From an uncultured delta proteobacterium (GTDB lineage Bacteria; Desulfobacterota; RBG-13-43-22), in NCBI GenBank assembly GCA_963843145.1, contig CAWJJC010000020.1, positions 416,001 to 480,000 of the forward strand: 64,000 nucleotides of DNA, written 5' to 3'. The notes under the pieces were generated by a model. It was given only the letters and a program-made list of their open reading frames with translations, was not told where the DNA came from and made no database searches. The position numbers and the translations under genes were made by a program. This document shows positions 37,404-46,675 of this stretch, in pieces (within the stretch, counting starts at the first letter, position 1; every line of letters begins with the position of its first letter).

Positions 37404-39452
37404 TTAATAAGTCCCGGGATTCCTTAGAACCTGAAAGCCCACATACTCTCGATCTTCAAAGAACTTCCTCAGATTCGGGGTTTGGGCAAAGGCCGTCAGA
37501 TACGTCTCCAGGGTGGGCAGGTCATATCTGGTTTTTTCCATAACGATCCAGTCCACCCGAATGACCGACAGGAAAGCCGCCAACTCCTTCCGGGTGATTG
37601 GTCGTTGCTTCCAAAAGGCCTCCACCCCGGGAAGCTTTCGGAAATAATCGAAGACGCTGTCATCGAGTTTCGAGGAGAAGCCTCCCACATTCCACTGCTG
37701 GTGAATTGTCTGATAAAAAAAGGTCCGGGTTTCCCGCTTCCCTTCCCAATGATCCCCGCTTTGGGTAAATAGCGGAAGGTCCAGCAAGACCCCCTCTCGT
37801 CCCTGCGCCCTTTCGGCCAGGGCCTGATAGACGGGGGGAATCCGATAATCCGTTATGGGGCCCTGCACCGGAAAAGGGAAGAGGGCCGTTTCGAAGGCGG
37901 TGACCAGCACCAGCCCCAAGTAGCACAAAACCTTGGCGCCGGGTGATATTTTCTTAAAAAAATCTTTTATGATCAGGCAGCCGATCACTAGGCTGAAAAG
38001 GGTCAAGGGGATCAGAAACCGGGACAGGGTCCGGGTGCTTCCCAATAAGGGCAGGTTCGGGAGCAGGTATCCCGGAAGGACGAAATCGGTAAAGGTAATG
38101 CCGTGAAACTTTATATAAGGTCCGAGACAAAAAAAGAGAAATACCAGCCAGGCCAGGATCCATAGCCGCAAGGCCTCCCTTTTAAAAAAAAGGCTGATCC
38201 CGATAACTACCAGGATCATCCACAAATATCCAAAGAACCCGGGGGTCCCCCGCAGGGGCCCTCCCAGCTTCCAGTCCGCGGCGATTTTTTGGGATACACC
38301 CGACAGCCAGGGATGAAACGGGGCAAAGAAACTGGCCAGGTCCACGCTGAAGGTTTGAAAGTCGATCGGGAGGCTTTTCACGGCCGAGCGGGTACCCGGG
38401 TCGAGCAAGTAGGATTCCGTATAAGGGAAGGTCGTCAGGAGGGCCGTAGCCAGCACCAGCAGGCAAAGGATTAAAATGGTGGCCGCCTCTTTTCCTTTCG
38501 GAGGCCGCCATTCCAGCGAGCGGGGCCGCAGCCGTTTTGCCCAACCCAAACGGGCTGGAGATGCCTCCCATCCCGCTTTCCACCGCGCAACAAAAATATC
38601 CCCTATTATTAACAGAAAATAAATCCCCGCCAAGAACCCCAGAGCGATGGGGGTGCTAAACCAATCACCGATTTTCAACGTTTCCCAGGTTTCCTTGGAA
38701 AGCAAGGTCAGGGAAAAGAGCAGGCCGAAAATCAACCAGGCCAGCACGGTTCCGAGCCGGAACCCTCCGGGTTCCCCAGAAACTTCGATCGGCTTCACGG
38801 ACCAGGGAAAGAGCCGGTACAGAACCAGCACCGTGAGCCAGACCAGACCGAAAACAAAAAAATAGGGATAATTATAAACCGAAAGCCCCAGGAGGATTCC
38901 GGCGGCAATCCCCCAGTAATAGCGGCGGACTTCGAAGAGATGAAAGGAGGCCAAAACGAAAAATACAAACAGATAGGGTTCGATCAGACTTTGGGTCCCC
39001 TGGTAACTGGTCAGGATCGGTGAGTGTCCGAAGGCCAGGGCGCCGATAAAGGCCAGCCCGCTCAATCCGGTAAGCCTGAAAACCAAGGCATAGGCCGCCA
39101 GGGAATTTAGAAAAATGGACAGCCAGGTTATGGCGTTATGAAAGACCAGCAGGGGCACCCACGGCCTGACCAGGGTATAGAAAAGCCCGTCCAGGAAGGT
39201 ATAGGTGTGGTGGACCATGTTTATCCCCAGGGGATAAAGCATATGGTCGCTGTAAAAGGGGTTGCTTTTGAGGTCCAGCAGGGCATGGGCCGTCCACCAG
39301 ACATTCCAGGGGTACTGGGCCGTATCCATGGCATCTCCCACCAGGTGGGTGGTGAAATGGGGGAACAGATGGATAAAATTGACCGGAGACAGAACAAAAA
39401 GGAGAAAAATAAATAAGAGCTGAGCGGTTTTATTTAAACCCGGGAATGCCAT
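37404..39452 (-). CDS. Polytopic membrane protein, GT-C/YfhO-like glycosyltransferase
   Basis: GD..Q..WNVWW, NPF..D...YP.G, many TM helices, YQTIH...GG.S. Confidence 0.7.
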   Translation of the reverse strand: MAFPGLNKTAQLLFIFLLFVLSPVNFIHLFPHFTTHLVGDAMDTAQYPWNVWWTAHALLDLKSNPFYSDHMLYPLGINMVHHTYTFLDGLFYTLVRPWVPLLVFHNAITWLSIFLNSLAAYALVFRLTGLSGLAFIGALAFGHSPILTSYQGTQSLIEPYLFVFFVLASFHLFEVRRYYWGIAAGILLGLSVYNYPYFFVFGLVWLTVLVLYRLFPWSVKPIEVSGEPGGFRLGTVLAWLIFGLLFSLTLLSKETWETLKIGDWFSTPIALGFLAGIYFLLIIGDIFVARWKAGWEASPARLGWAKRLRPRSLEWRPPKGKEAATILILCLLVLATALLTTFPYTESYLLDPGTRSAVKSLPIDFQTFSVDLASFFAPFHPWLSGVSQKIAADWKLGGPLRGTPGFFGYLWMILVVIGISLFFKREALRLWILAWLVFLFFCLGPYIKFHGITFTDFVLPGYLLPNLPLLGSTRTLSRFLIPLTLFSLVIGCLIIKDFFKKISPGAKVLCYLGLVLVTAFETALFPFPVQGPITDYRIPPVYQALAERAQGREGVLLDLPLFTQSGDHWEGKRETRTFFYQTIHQQWNVGGFSSKLDDSVFDYFRKLPGVEAFWKQRPITRKELAAFLSVIRVDWIVMEKTRYDLPTLETYLTAFAQTPNLRKFFEDREYVGFQVLRNPGTY

Positions 39453-39480
39453 GGAGGCCCAATGTATCAAATAAGATTTA

Positions 39481-39735
39481 TTATAACAAAGACTTTTTAC
39501 CGTCGCCTTTTCTCAGGTCATTTTCGGGAAAGTGAATCAGCATTTCCTGGACGAGGGCCGCCGCGAAATCCAGATCCCGGAGCGACACCGTTTCCACCAG
39601 TGAATGGGTATAGCGGCAGGGGAGGCAAATCGGCAGCACGCCCAGCCCCTGGCGAACCAGTTGCACGGCCGCCGCATCGGTTGACCCGCCGGTCACCCCA
39701 TAAATTTTGGTAGTAACGCTATTGGTATACCTCAA
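39481..39735 (-). pseudogene. C-terminal fragment of an M42 aminopeptidase
   Basis: GGSTDAAAVQ...PCRYTHS.VE...DL. Confidence 0.75.
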
Positions 39736-39771
39736 TTCTCTTAAATTTCAAACGGGCCATTTTACCTGTTT

Positions 39772-40107
39772 TTGACCCGTGAACCAATCTTTCGCCCATT
39801 CACGCCTGTCTTTGGGCGGGTCCTGGATCTTGGTGCGCGGTTCAAAGAAAGGGATTTGTTTTATGGCATCGATACCTTCGACTCATTGTGCCGGGATCTC
39901 GGCATAGCCCGCAATATTTTGGCTGTCCGATTGAAAAAATTGGGAGAAAGGGGATTAATCGATAAGCGGACTGGAGAGAAGGGGTCGCGGAGGCAGTCCT
40001 ATCGCCTCACGTCAAAAGCGATTGATATTCAGCCCCAAATAGGCCCCGGGGCGGCCAGGCTGGAGGCCCTGCCTCTCCCCTTACGGGCCGAGGAGGCCAT
40101 AAAATAA
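39772..40107 (+). pseudogene. HxlR-like winged-helix regulator fragment
   Basis: RDLFYGIDTFDSL...LGIARNILAVRLKKL...Y.LT.K. Confidence 0.65.
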
Positions 40108-40148
40108 ATCGGCCCCGGTTTCAGGGCTCCTGACCCCGAAAATTTCAT

Positions 40149-40493
40149 TTACCGGCCGCAACATTTTTTATGTTTTTTCCCGCTGCCACACGGGCAAAGC
40201 TCGTTGCGTCCGACCTTCTTTTCAACCGTCACGGGCTCCAACGGATTCAGCAATCTTTCTAAATCGGTCGTATCCTCCGCCAGGTCCGGTTCCAATTCAA
40301 CGGCATACTTCCAGCCCTTGGCTTCACATAGGGCGGCCACCTCATTCTGCCTTTCTTTGGTCCGGACGCGCACTCGCGCGGGATTCTTTTCAGTACCCAG
40401 TTTGGCCGGCCGGTTAGCCTCAAAGGCTTTTTTCCGCGGCTCTCCCTCAAATGATTTTCCTGTTAATTTGCCCTCGTAGTTTATTTTGGCCAT
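40149..40493 (-). CDS. SEC-C motif protein (PBPRA1643-like)
   Basis: [31 protein letters not shown]. Confidence 0.85.
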   Translation of the reverse strand: MAKINYEGKLTGKSFEGEPRKKAFEANRPAKLGTEKNPARVRVRTKERQNEVAALCEAKGWKYAVELEPDLAEDTTDLERLLNPLEPVTVEKKVGRNELCPCGSGKKHKKCCGR

Positions 40494-40543
40494 CGTTTCC
40501 TCATTTTAAAATTTCTAGGCGGATTGATCCGCCTGATCCCCTT

Positions 40544-41038
40544 TCACCTCGATGGAGTTTGGGGACAGACGATTTTTATTAAATTTTCTGAAACGGACTC
40601 CGGATACAAATCCTGCGGGGGGCGACGATGCGGATTTGGGGGGATGACACAGGGCACTTCGGAGTGATGCACCAGCCGGCCGTCCTGGTCATAATCGGCG
40701 GATCTCAACAAGGTATCGCTACGATTTCGGCATTCAATCTGATGACGGGTGATGGTATACGCGCCTAGTTGAAGCCCTGCCTTCCCGTCCTGGCTGCTTC
40801 GGAGGCTCTTCTTTCTGCCCTCTCCTTCCTCGAAGTCATATTTGATGGTTTTGGTGCTCAATCTGACGATTTCCGGAGAGGGGTAGGCAACGCTCCCTCG
40901 ATCGTAATACTCCTCAATTCTTCCGTCCATACTGATGGCAAACAAAACCCAATCCTCTCCGAAAGCCTTTGGTAAGGGCATCCCCACGAATAGAACGGCC
41001 ATGATTAAACCTATTTTATTCATTGAGGCTCTGCTCAT
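40544..41038 (-). CDS. Secreted hypothetical protein (surface-adhesin E-like)
   Basis: Signal peptide, EDWV...YYD..SV, I.C..R, YD.DG, PES..E.L...VC. Confidence 0.6.
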   Translation of the reverse strand: MSRASMNKIGLIMAVLFVGMPLPKAFGEDWVLFAISMDGRIEEYYDRGSVAYPSPEIVRLSTKTIKYDFEEGEGRKKSLRSSQDGKAGLQLGAYTITRHQIECRNRSDTLLRSADYDQDGRLVHHSEVPCVIPPNPHRRPPQDLYPESVSENLIKIVCPQTPSR

Positions 41039-41153
41039 GTCTTGATCTGGTCATAAAAAACCTGGTGGAACCCGGAGACTTTCTCGAGTAGTATTATATC
41101 GTATTTTTCAATTAACAGGGAAAAGTTATTATTAATAAAGGAGCTGTCCTGCC

Positions 41154-41468
41154 TTGGATATAATCGTCATCCTGATCATTGTCTTTATCGCCTTTGAGTT
41201 CCTGGAGCATGTGGTTTTTCCGCTAATCTGGGTACTGCTTCAACGAAGGAAGAAGCCCGTCACCGGCCCCTCCGCCCTGGAGGGACGAATCGCGGAGGTA
41301 CTCGAATGGCGGCAAAAAGAAGGTTATGTCTTCGTCAATGGAGAGCAGTGGAAAGCGAACAGCGAGAAGCCCTTGACCCGGGGAGATCAGGTGGTTATTG
41401 AAAAGGTCGAGGGGTTGACTTTGACAGTCAAAGCCGGAGACACTACCGGGTACAGGACCTTGAAATAA
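41154..41468 (+). CDS. NfeD-like protein
   Basis: PVTG...L.G, G.VFVNGEQWKA, V.IEKVEGLTL.V. Confidence 0.85.
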   Translation: MDIIVILIIVFIAFEFLEHVVFPLIWVLLQRRKKPVTGPSALEGRIAEVLEWRQKEGYVFVNGEQWKANSEKPLTRGDQVVIEKVEGLTLTVKAGDTTGYRTLK

Positions 41469-41492
41469 TTTATTTTCTAGGCTATGGAACAG

Positions 41493-41520
41493 CCGGGGCG
41501 GGCCGTTAAGCCCGCCCCGG
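41493..41520. terminator. GC-rich hairpin between convergent nfeD and hcrA-like genes
   Basis: ccggggcgggc-cgttaa-gcccgccccgg, perfect 11-bp stem. Confidence 0.65.
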
Positions 41521-41533
41521 GTATCGGGGAGGA

Positions 41534-43880
41534 TTACTTCTTTTCTTGCAGCGCCCGCCAGATCCGTTCGGAGGTGATGGGCAGTTCGTTGATGCGTACG
41601 CCGGTGGCGTCGTAGATGGCATTGAGGATGGCCGGGATGACGGGCATGATGCCTCCTTCGCCGACTTCCTTGGCCCCGTAAGGACCGTTGGGCTCGCCGC
41701 TTTCGATGATCAGGGACTGGATCGCCGGCACGTCCAGGGCCGTGGGGATCTTGTATTCTCCCAGGGAGGCGTTCAGGATCTGGCCCTTATCGTTGAACTT
41801 CACTTCTTCGAACAGGGACTCGCCCAGCCCCATGGAGACCGAGCCCTCCATCTGGCCTTCCACCTGCGTCCGGTTGATGGCCAGGCCGCAGTCGTGGGCG
41901 TCGGTGACCTTGTCCATGGTCACCTCGCCGGTTTCCAGGTCCACAGTCACCTCGGCTATCATGGCCGAACAGCCGTAGGCCGGGGAGGTCCCCACCGCCG
42001 CGCCCTTGAAGGACCCGCCCAGCTTGGGGGGCTTGTATTTCCCGGTACCCACGATGGTCCCCTTTTTCAGGTAGGCCAGGCGGGCCGCTTCCTTGAAGGT
42101 CAACTGGGTCTCCTGCGGCGGATCGCCCCAACCGCGGTGTTCCTTGATGTACCCGATCCGCAGGGCCTCGAAAGTCCGGCGTTTGCCCTTTGAAGGCGAT
42201 CAGACCGTTTCGGACCATAATCTCCTCCACAGGCACGTTCAAGGTCTCGGCGAGCACTTCCAGCACCTGGCGCTTGGCGTCCTCGGCCGCCTGCTTGGTG
42301 GCGTGGCCGGTCATCAGGGTCTGGCGGCTGGAGTAGGCCCCCAGGTCCACCGAATAGTCCGTGTCGCCCGAGACGATCCGCACATCCTCGAGCCGCACCC
42401 CCAGGGCCTCGGCGGCGATCATGGCAAAGGCCGTATCCGACCCCTGTCCGATTTCGGCGCTGCCGGTCTGTACCAGGGCCGTTCCCCCGTCTTCCGCAAG
42501 TTTGATCACCACCGTGGCATGATAGGTGTCGGAACGGTAGATGGGGTAACCGGCCCCGGAGACAAAGAACCCGCAGGCCATGCCGATGCCCTTGCCCTTG
42601 GGCAGCTTCCCCTTTTTTAATTTCCAGTCGGAGTTATCGCGGATGGCCTCGATGCACTCTTTCATGCCCAGACTGCTCATATCCAATTCGTTGCAGGTGA
42701 TGTCCCCGGTTTCCATGATGTTTTTCAGACGCATTTCCAAGGGATCCAGGCCCAGCTCCTTGGCGATCAGGTCCAACTGCTGCTCGAAACCGGCTCGAGC
42801 GGCCACCCCGCCGTGGCCCCGCTGGGCCCCACAGGCCGGCTTGTTGGTATAGAGCCGGAATCCGTCATATTTCATATTAGGCAGCTTGTAGGGGCCGCCC
42901 AGCAATGATCCGGCGTAATAGACGGTGGCGATGCCGAAACTGGAGTAGGCCCCTCCCTCCAGAAAACACTCGTTGTGCAGGGCCATCAGGGTCCCGTCCT
43001 TTTTCACGCCGGTCTTGAAAGTGTGAAAGAACTGATGCCGGCCGCGGCTGTGAAGAAAGACCTGCTCCCGGGTAAAGCCCATCTTGACCGGCTTGAGGGT
43101 CTTCATGGACAGCAGGCAGCTCAGCAGTTCCAGGGCGGAAGCCGCCGCCTTGGGCCCGAACCCGCCCCCCACGTAGGGCTTCACCACCCGGACCTTGCCG
43201 ATGGGCAGTTTCAGCACCATGGCCACGGTCCGCTGCACATAGTGGGGGACCTGGGTGGAGGTGTGGAGGGTCAAGTAGCCCTGCCCGTCGAAGACGGCCG
43301 TGCAGGCGTTGGGTTCCAGAAAGGCCGCGTCCTGCCTTTTGTTGACGAATTTGTGCAGGTGGATAAAGTCGCATTGAGCGAAGGCCGCTTCCACGTCCCC
43401 GAACTCCTGATGCACTTCGGCGCAGATGTTGCGGGGAAAATGCTCGTGTACCAGGGGCGCGCCTTCGGCCATGGCGGCCACGGGGTCGAAGACCGCCGGG
43501 AGCTCCTCGTATTCCACCTTGATTAAACCCAGCGCTTCCAGGGCGGTTTCCTGGTCAATGGCCGCCACGGCCGCCACTTCATCTCCTACGTAGCGGACCT
43601 TGTTCACCGCCAAAATAGTCTCGTCGTAGCGGGCCGGGGAAACTCCGTAGGGAATGATCTCCAGGTCTTTAGCCGTCACCACGGCCTTGACCCCCGGAAG
43701 GGCCTTGGCTCGGGAGGTGTCGATGTTCAGGATGCGGGCATGGGCCAGAGGGCTTTGCAGGATAGCCCCGTAGAGCTGGTTGGGGAATGTCAGGTCATCG
43801 GCGTAAATCGCCTGGCCGGTGGATTTGGCCGGGGCATCCAATCGCGGCGCCCGGCTGTTGATCACGCTGTATTGGCTCAT
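41534..43880 (-). CDS. hcrA: Xanthine oxidase family molybdenum subunit, 4-hydroxybenzoyl-CoA reductase alpha-like; +1 frameshift at ~42172
   Basis: VGGGFG, AQRGHG (HcrA-type RGHG), EIGQGS, GAYSSR, GPYGAKEVGEG; removing one T (aaa at 42171-42173) joins the two ORFs. Confidence 0.75.
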
Positions 43881-43930
43881 AGGTAATTCCTTCCTTATGA
43901 ATGGATCTGGGCTGGAATGCGGGACGGTCT

Positions 43931-44398
43931 TCAGCCGTCCGCTTTAACGGAGGCGATGGCCTCCACGATCTTCTGGTATCCGGTGCAGCGGCAGAGATTG
44001 CCGCTGATGGCTTCCCGGATCTCTCTTTCCGTGGGCGCGGGATTTTTATCCAGCAGGGCCTTGCTGGTCAGGATCATACCCGGACTGCAGAATCCGCATT
44101 GGATGGCACCGAGATCCACAAAGGCCTGCTGCAGGGGATGCAGTTTTTCCCCATCGGCCAACCCTTCAATGGTCGTGATTTCCTGCCCGTCGGCTTCGAC
44201 CGCCAGGACCAGACAGGAATTGACCGGCTTTCCGTTCAACAAAACCGTACAGGAGCCGCAATCCCCCACGGCGCACCCTTGCTTGGTCCCGGTAAGACGT
44301 AAATTTTCCCGCAGCACCTGGGTCAGGGTCTTATTCACCGGGATGACCAGATCGTATTCCTGGCCGTTCACTTGCAAATTAATGGTCATCTTCTTCAT
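43931..44398 (-). CDS. hcrC: 2x[2Fe-2S] subunit of the molybdoenzyme
   Basis: GTKQGCAVGDCGSC, QCGFCSPG, GNLCRCTGY. Confidence 0.8.
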   Translation of the reverse strand: MKKMTINLQVNGQEYDLVIPVNKTLTQVLRENLRLTGTKQGCAVGDCGSCTVLLNGKPVNSCLVLAVEADGQEITTIEGLADGEKLHPLQQAFVDLGAIQCGFCSPGMILTSKALLDKNPAPTEREIREAISGNLCRCTGYQKIVEAIASVKADG

Positions 44399-44408
44399 CT
44401 GCGCTCTC

Positions 44409-45302
44409 CTAAGCCGTTTTCATGAGCTGTTGATAGGCGGACATCAGGGTCCGGACGGTTAAAATCTCGATCAGGGCCCGGCGGTACTCGGCCGATCCGC
44501 GATGGTCGTCAATGGGCTTACCATCCCGGGCGGCCGCCCGGGCCGCTTCCAGGAACAAGGAATCCCCTGATCCCACGGGCTTTTCGCCTTTCAGGATCTT
44601 TTCCGCCGATTTGGCCCGGAGCGGGGTGGGCCCCACGGCCCCCAAGGCAATTCGCGCCTGCCGGATGGATCCCTCCGGACCCAATTCCAGAAAAGCGGCC
44701 ACATTGACCAGGGAGATCTCCAGGGCCTTGCGGGAACCCAGCTTCAGGTAGGCGCTGCCGCAGGGACCTTCGCAGGAGGGGATATAGATTTGGGATAGAA
44801 TTTCTTTGGGTTTGATGGAGGTTTTCCCGGGACCTTTGAAAAACTTCTCCACTTCCAATTCCCGCTCCCCGTCCTTGTTCTTTAAAATCAATTGCGCGCC
44901 TAAAACCATTAGAGGCGGGGCGAGATCCGAGGCCGGCCGGGCGGTAACGATATTTCCGCCCAGGGTGGCCCGATTGCGAATCAGGGGAGATCCCAACCGT
45001 CCGGCCCCCTGGGCCAGAACGGTCAAATGTTCCTGAACCAGTTCCGATTCCGCCAGTACGCTCGCGGTAACCAACGGACCGATGGAGATCCCTTTCCCTT
45101 TCTTAGGAATAATCTCGTTGAGGCCTTTGATCTTATTCAGGCTTACCACCTGCTGGGGGGCCAGGACTTTTTTCTTCAGGTTGACCAGGAGATCGGTCCC
45201 GCCGGCCAGGAGCTTGGCCTTGGCCCCGAATTCCTCCAACAGGGCGCAGGCCTCCCGCAGGCTTTTGGGGGCCTGGTAGTCAAATTTGGGCAGTAACATC
45301 AT
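44409..45302 (-). CDS. hcrB: FAD subunit of the molybdoenzyme (HcrB/CoxM-like, no [4Fe-4S] insert)
   Basis: LAGGTDL, IRNRATLGGNI, PASD, PIDDHRGSAEYR. Confidence 0.75.
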   Translation of the reverse strand: MMLLPKFDYQAPKSLREACALLEEFGAKAKLLAGGTDLLVNLKKKVLAPQQVVSLNKIKGLNEIIPKKGKGISIGPLVTASVLAESELVQEHLTVLAQGAGRLGSPLIRNRATLGGNIVTARPASDLAPPLMVLGAQLILKNKDGERELEVEKFFKGPGKTSIKPKEILSQIYIPSCEGPCGSAYLKLGSRKALEISLVNVAAFLELGPEGSIRQARIALGAVGPTPLRAKSAEKILKGEKPVGSGDSLFLEAARAAARDGKPIDDHRGSAEYRRALIEILTVRTLMSAYQQLMKTA

Positions 45303-45425
45303 ATCCTCCTATTTAGTATGGTTGCGGGCTACGAGATCTTTTACGGAATTTATCCTGAGCCCAAGACCGAGACCCTTCGCGGAGTCTTTCCCGCCTGCGG
45401 GACTCAGGCTGACCGGTCAGCGCGA

Positions 45426-45779
45426 TCAATCGGGCCAATGGCTTAATTCCAACTCAATAGGTAATTCGGCGGCCCAAGCTTTCAAGAGCAGGGCATTGGC
45501 TTTGGCCTGGGCGATCCGCAAGGCCTGGATTTCTCCGGGGTCGATTCGTTCCGCCAGAGGAAAAACCAAGCAACTGAAATAATGCCAGTCTTTATACCCC
45601 CCAAAGGGCGTACCGTCAAGAGGACGATTGCCGGCTTTGATCCCCCGGGCAATCTGCAGGTCTACCGGCACGACCACATGATACCGCTGCCCGTCCGGAG
45701 AAATCCCAATATACCCTTCGTTGCCGCATCGGTCGTCCAAGGTGGCCCGGAGAATGTCGTTGAAGTCGATGGTCATCAT
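45426..45779 (-). CDS. Hypothetical protein
   Basis: 117-aa ORF in operon position after thiS. Confidence 0.7.
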   Translation of the reverse strand: MMTIDFNDILRATLDDRCGNEGYIGISPDGQRYHVVVPVDLQIARGIKAGNRPLDGTPFGGYKDWHYFSCLVFPLAERIDPGEIQALRIAQAKANALLLKAWAAELPIELELSHWPD

Positions 45780-45788
45780 TATAATTAT

Positions 45789-45989
45789 TTATCCACCAAA
45801 GGCCGGATGGATCAACTCCAGCACATCCCCTTCTTTCAACGGGGTCGCTTCGTAATCTTTCTGATGGATAAACCGGTGGTTCAACTCCACAATCATGTGG
45901 ACCTCAAATTCCTGATTGCTGCTGATGACCGAGGAGACCGTGCTGTTCTCCGGCAGTTCCTCCTGAAATCCGTTTAAAATAATCCGCAT
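45789..45989 (-). CDS. thiS: ThiS/MoaD family sulfur carrier
   Basis: MRIILNG...VELN...L.EGD.LELI...GG C-terminus. Confidence 0.85.
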   Translation of the reverse strand: MRIILNGFQEELPENSTVSSVISSNQEFEVHMIVELNHRFIHQKDYEATPLKEGDVLELIHPAFGG

Positions 45990-46039
45990 GGCCCAACCCG
46001 AAATATCCGGTAAAGACTTTTTGCCTTTAGTTAACCTAC

Positions 46040-46675
46040 TTAAATAGTTGACGTTTCGTCTTTTCGTTCCGCCGAACCCGTTCTAGCCAATGACTCCCGA
46101 ACCAAACGCCTGGCCGTGGGGGTCCGAAACCAGGTCTTGGATCCCTCCAGGAGAAACCGGCGGCCCTCCTGCAAATAATTCTCGCCGAACATCTTTCGGT
46201 AACGCTGCAGGCTTTCTTCACCGAAGCGGTCCAGGCGATCCGCCTCCATGACCAGGATGGCCTCCGGATCCGGCAGGGCCTGAATAGCATCCGGTAGATC
46301 ATGAACGGCGATTATCTTTAGAACCAATTCTTTTTTGCCTTTCGGAAAATCAAGGGGATCCAAAATTTCACGGGCCAGGACAGCGCCTTGAACCATATGT
46401 TCCTTTAGACTGCGGGTCTCCTTTTTTTTCTCCGGCGGGGCCTGCACGAAATCATCAAAGGAAACCCGGCTCCAGCCGATGTCGTGGAGCACCAGGGCGG
46501 TCAGGACGACCTCCGGATCCCCTTTTTCCTCATTCAACAAGGCCTTACCATATGCGATGGCCCTGAGGGTATGATCCCAGTCATCGGGCCGCCCCTGGAG
46601 CAAATAGGGCCGTGCCTTCTCCTTAAGCTGAATTTCCCAGGGTGTTAAGGAACCCGCTGACTTTTCACCCGACAA
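46040..46675 (-). CDS. HD domain phosphohydrolase
   Basis: HTLR...LHDIGW...H...H...EADRLD. Confidence 0.88.
   Translation of the reverse strand: MSGEKSAGSLTPWEIQLKEKARPYLLQGRPDDWDHTLRAIAYGKALLNEEKGDPEVVLTALVLHDIGWSRVSFDDFVQAPPEKKKETRSLKEHMVQGAVLAREILDPLDFPKGKKELVLKIIAVHDLPDAIQALPDPEAILVMEADRLDRFGEESLQRYRKMFGENYLQEGRRFLLEGSKTWFRTPTARRLVRESLARTGSAERKDETSTI

Noticed and set aside
42165-42180. Programmed ribosomal frameshift in the hcrA-like gene
   Set aside because: No slippery heptamer; similar single-base indels elsewhere point to sequencing error
41534-45302. Aerobic CO dehydrogenase or xanthine dehydrogenase
   Set aside because: No AYxCSFR motif; RGHG rather than RGFG; context is aromatic degradation
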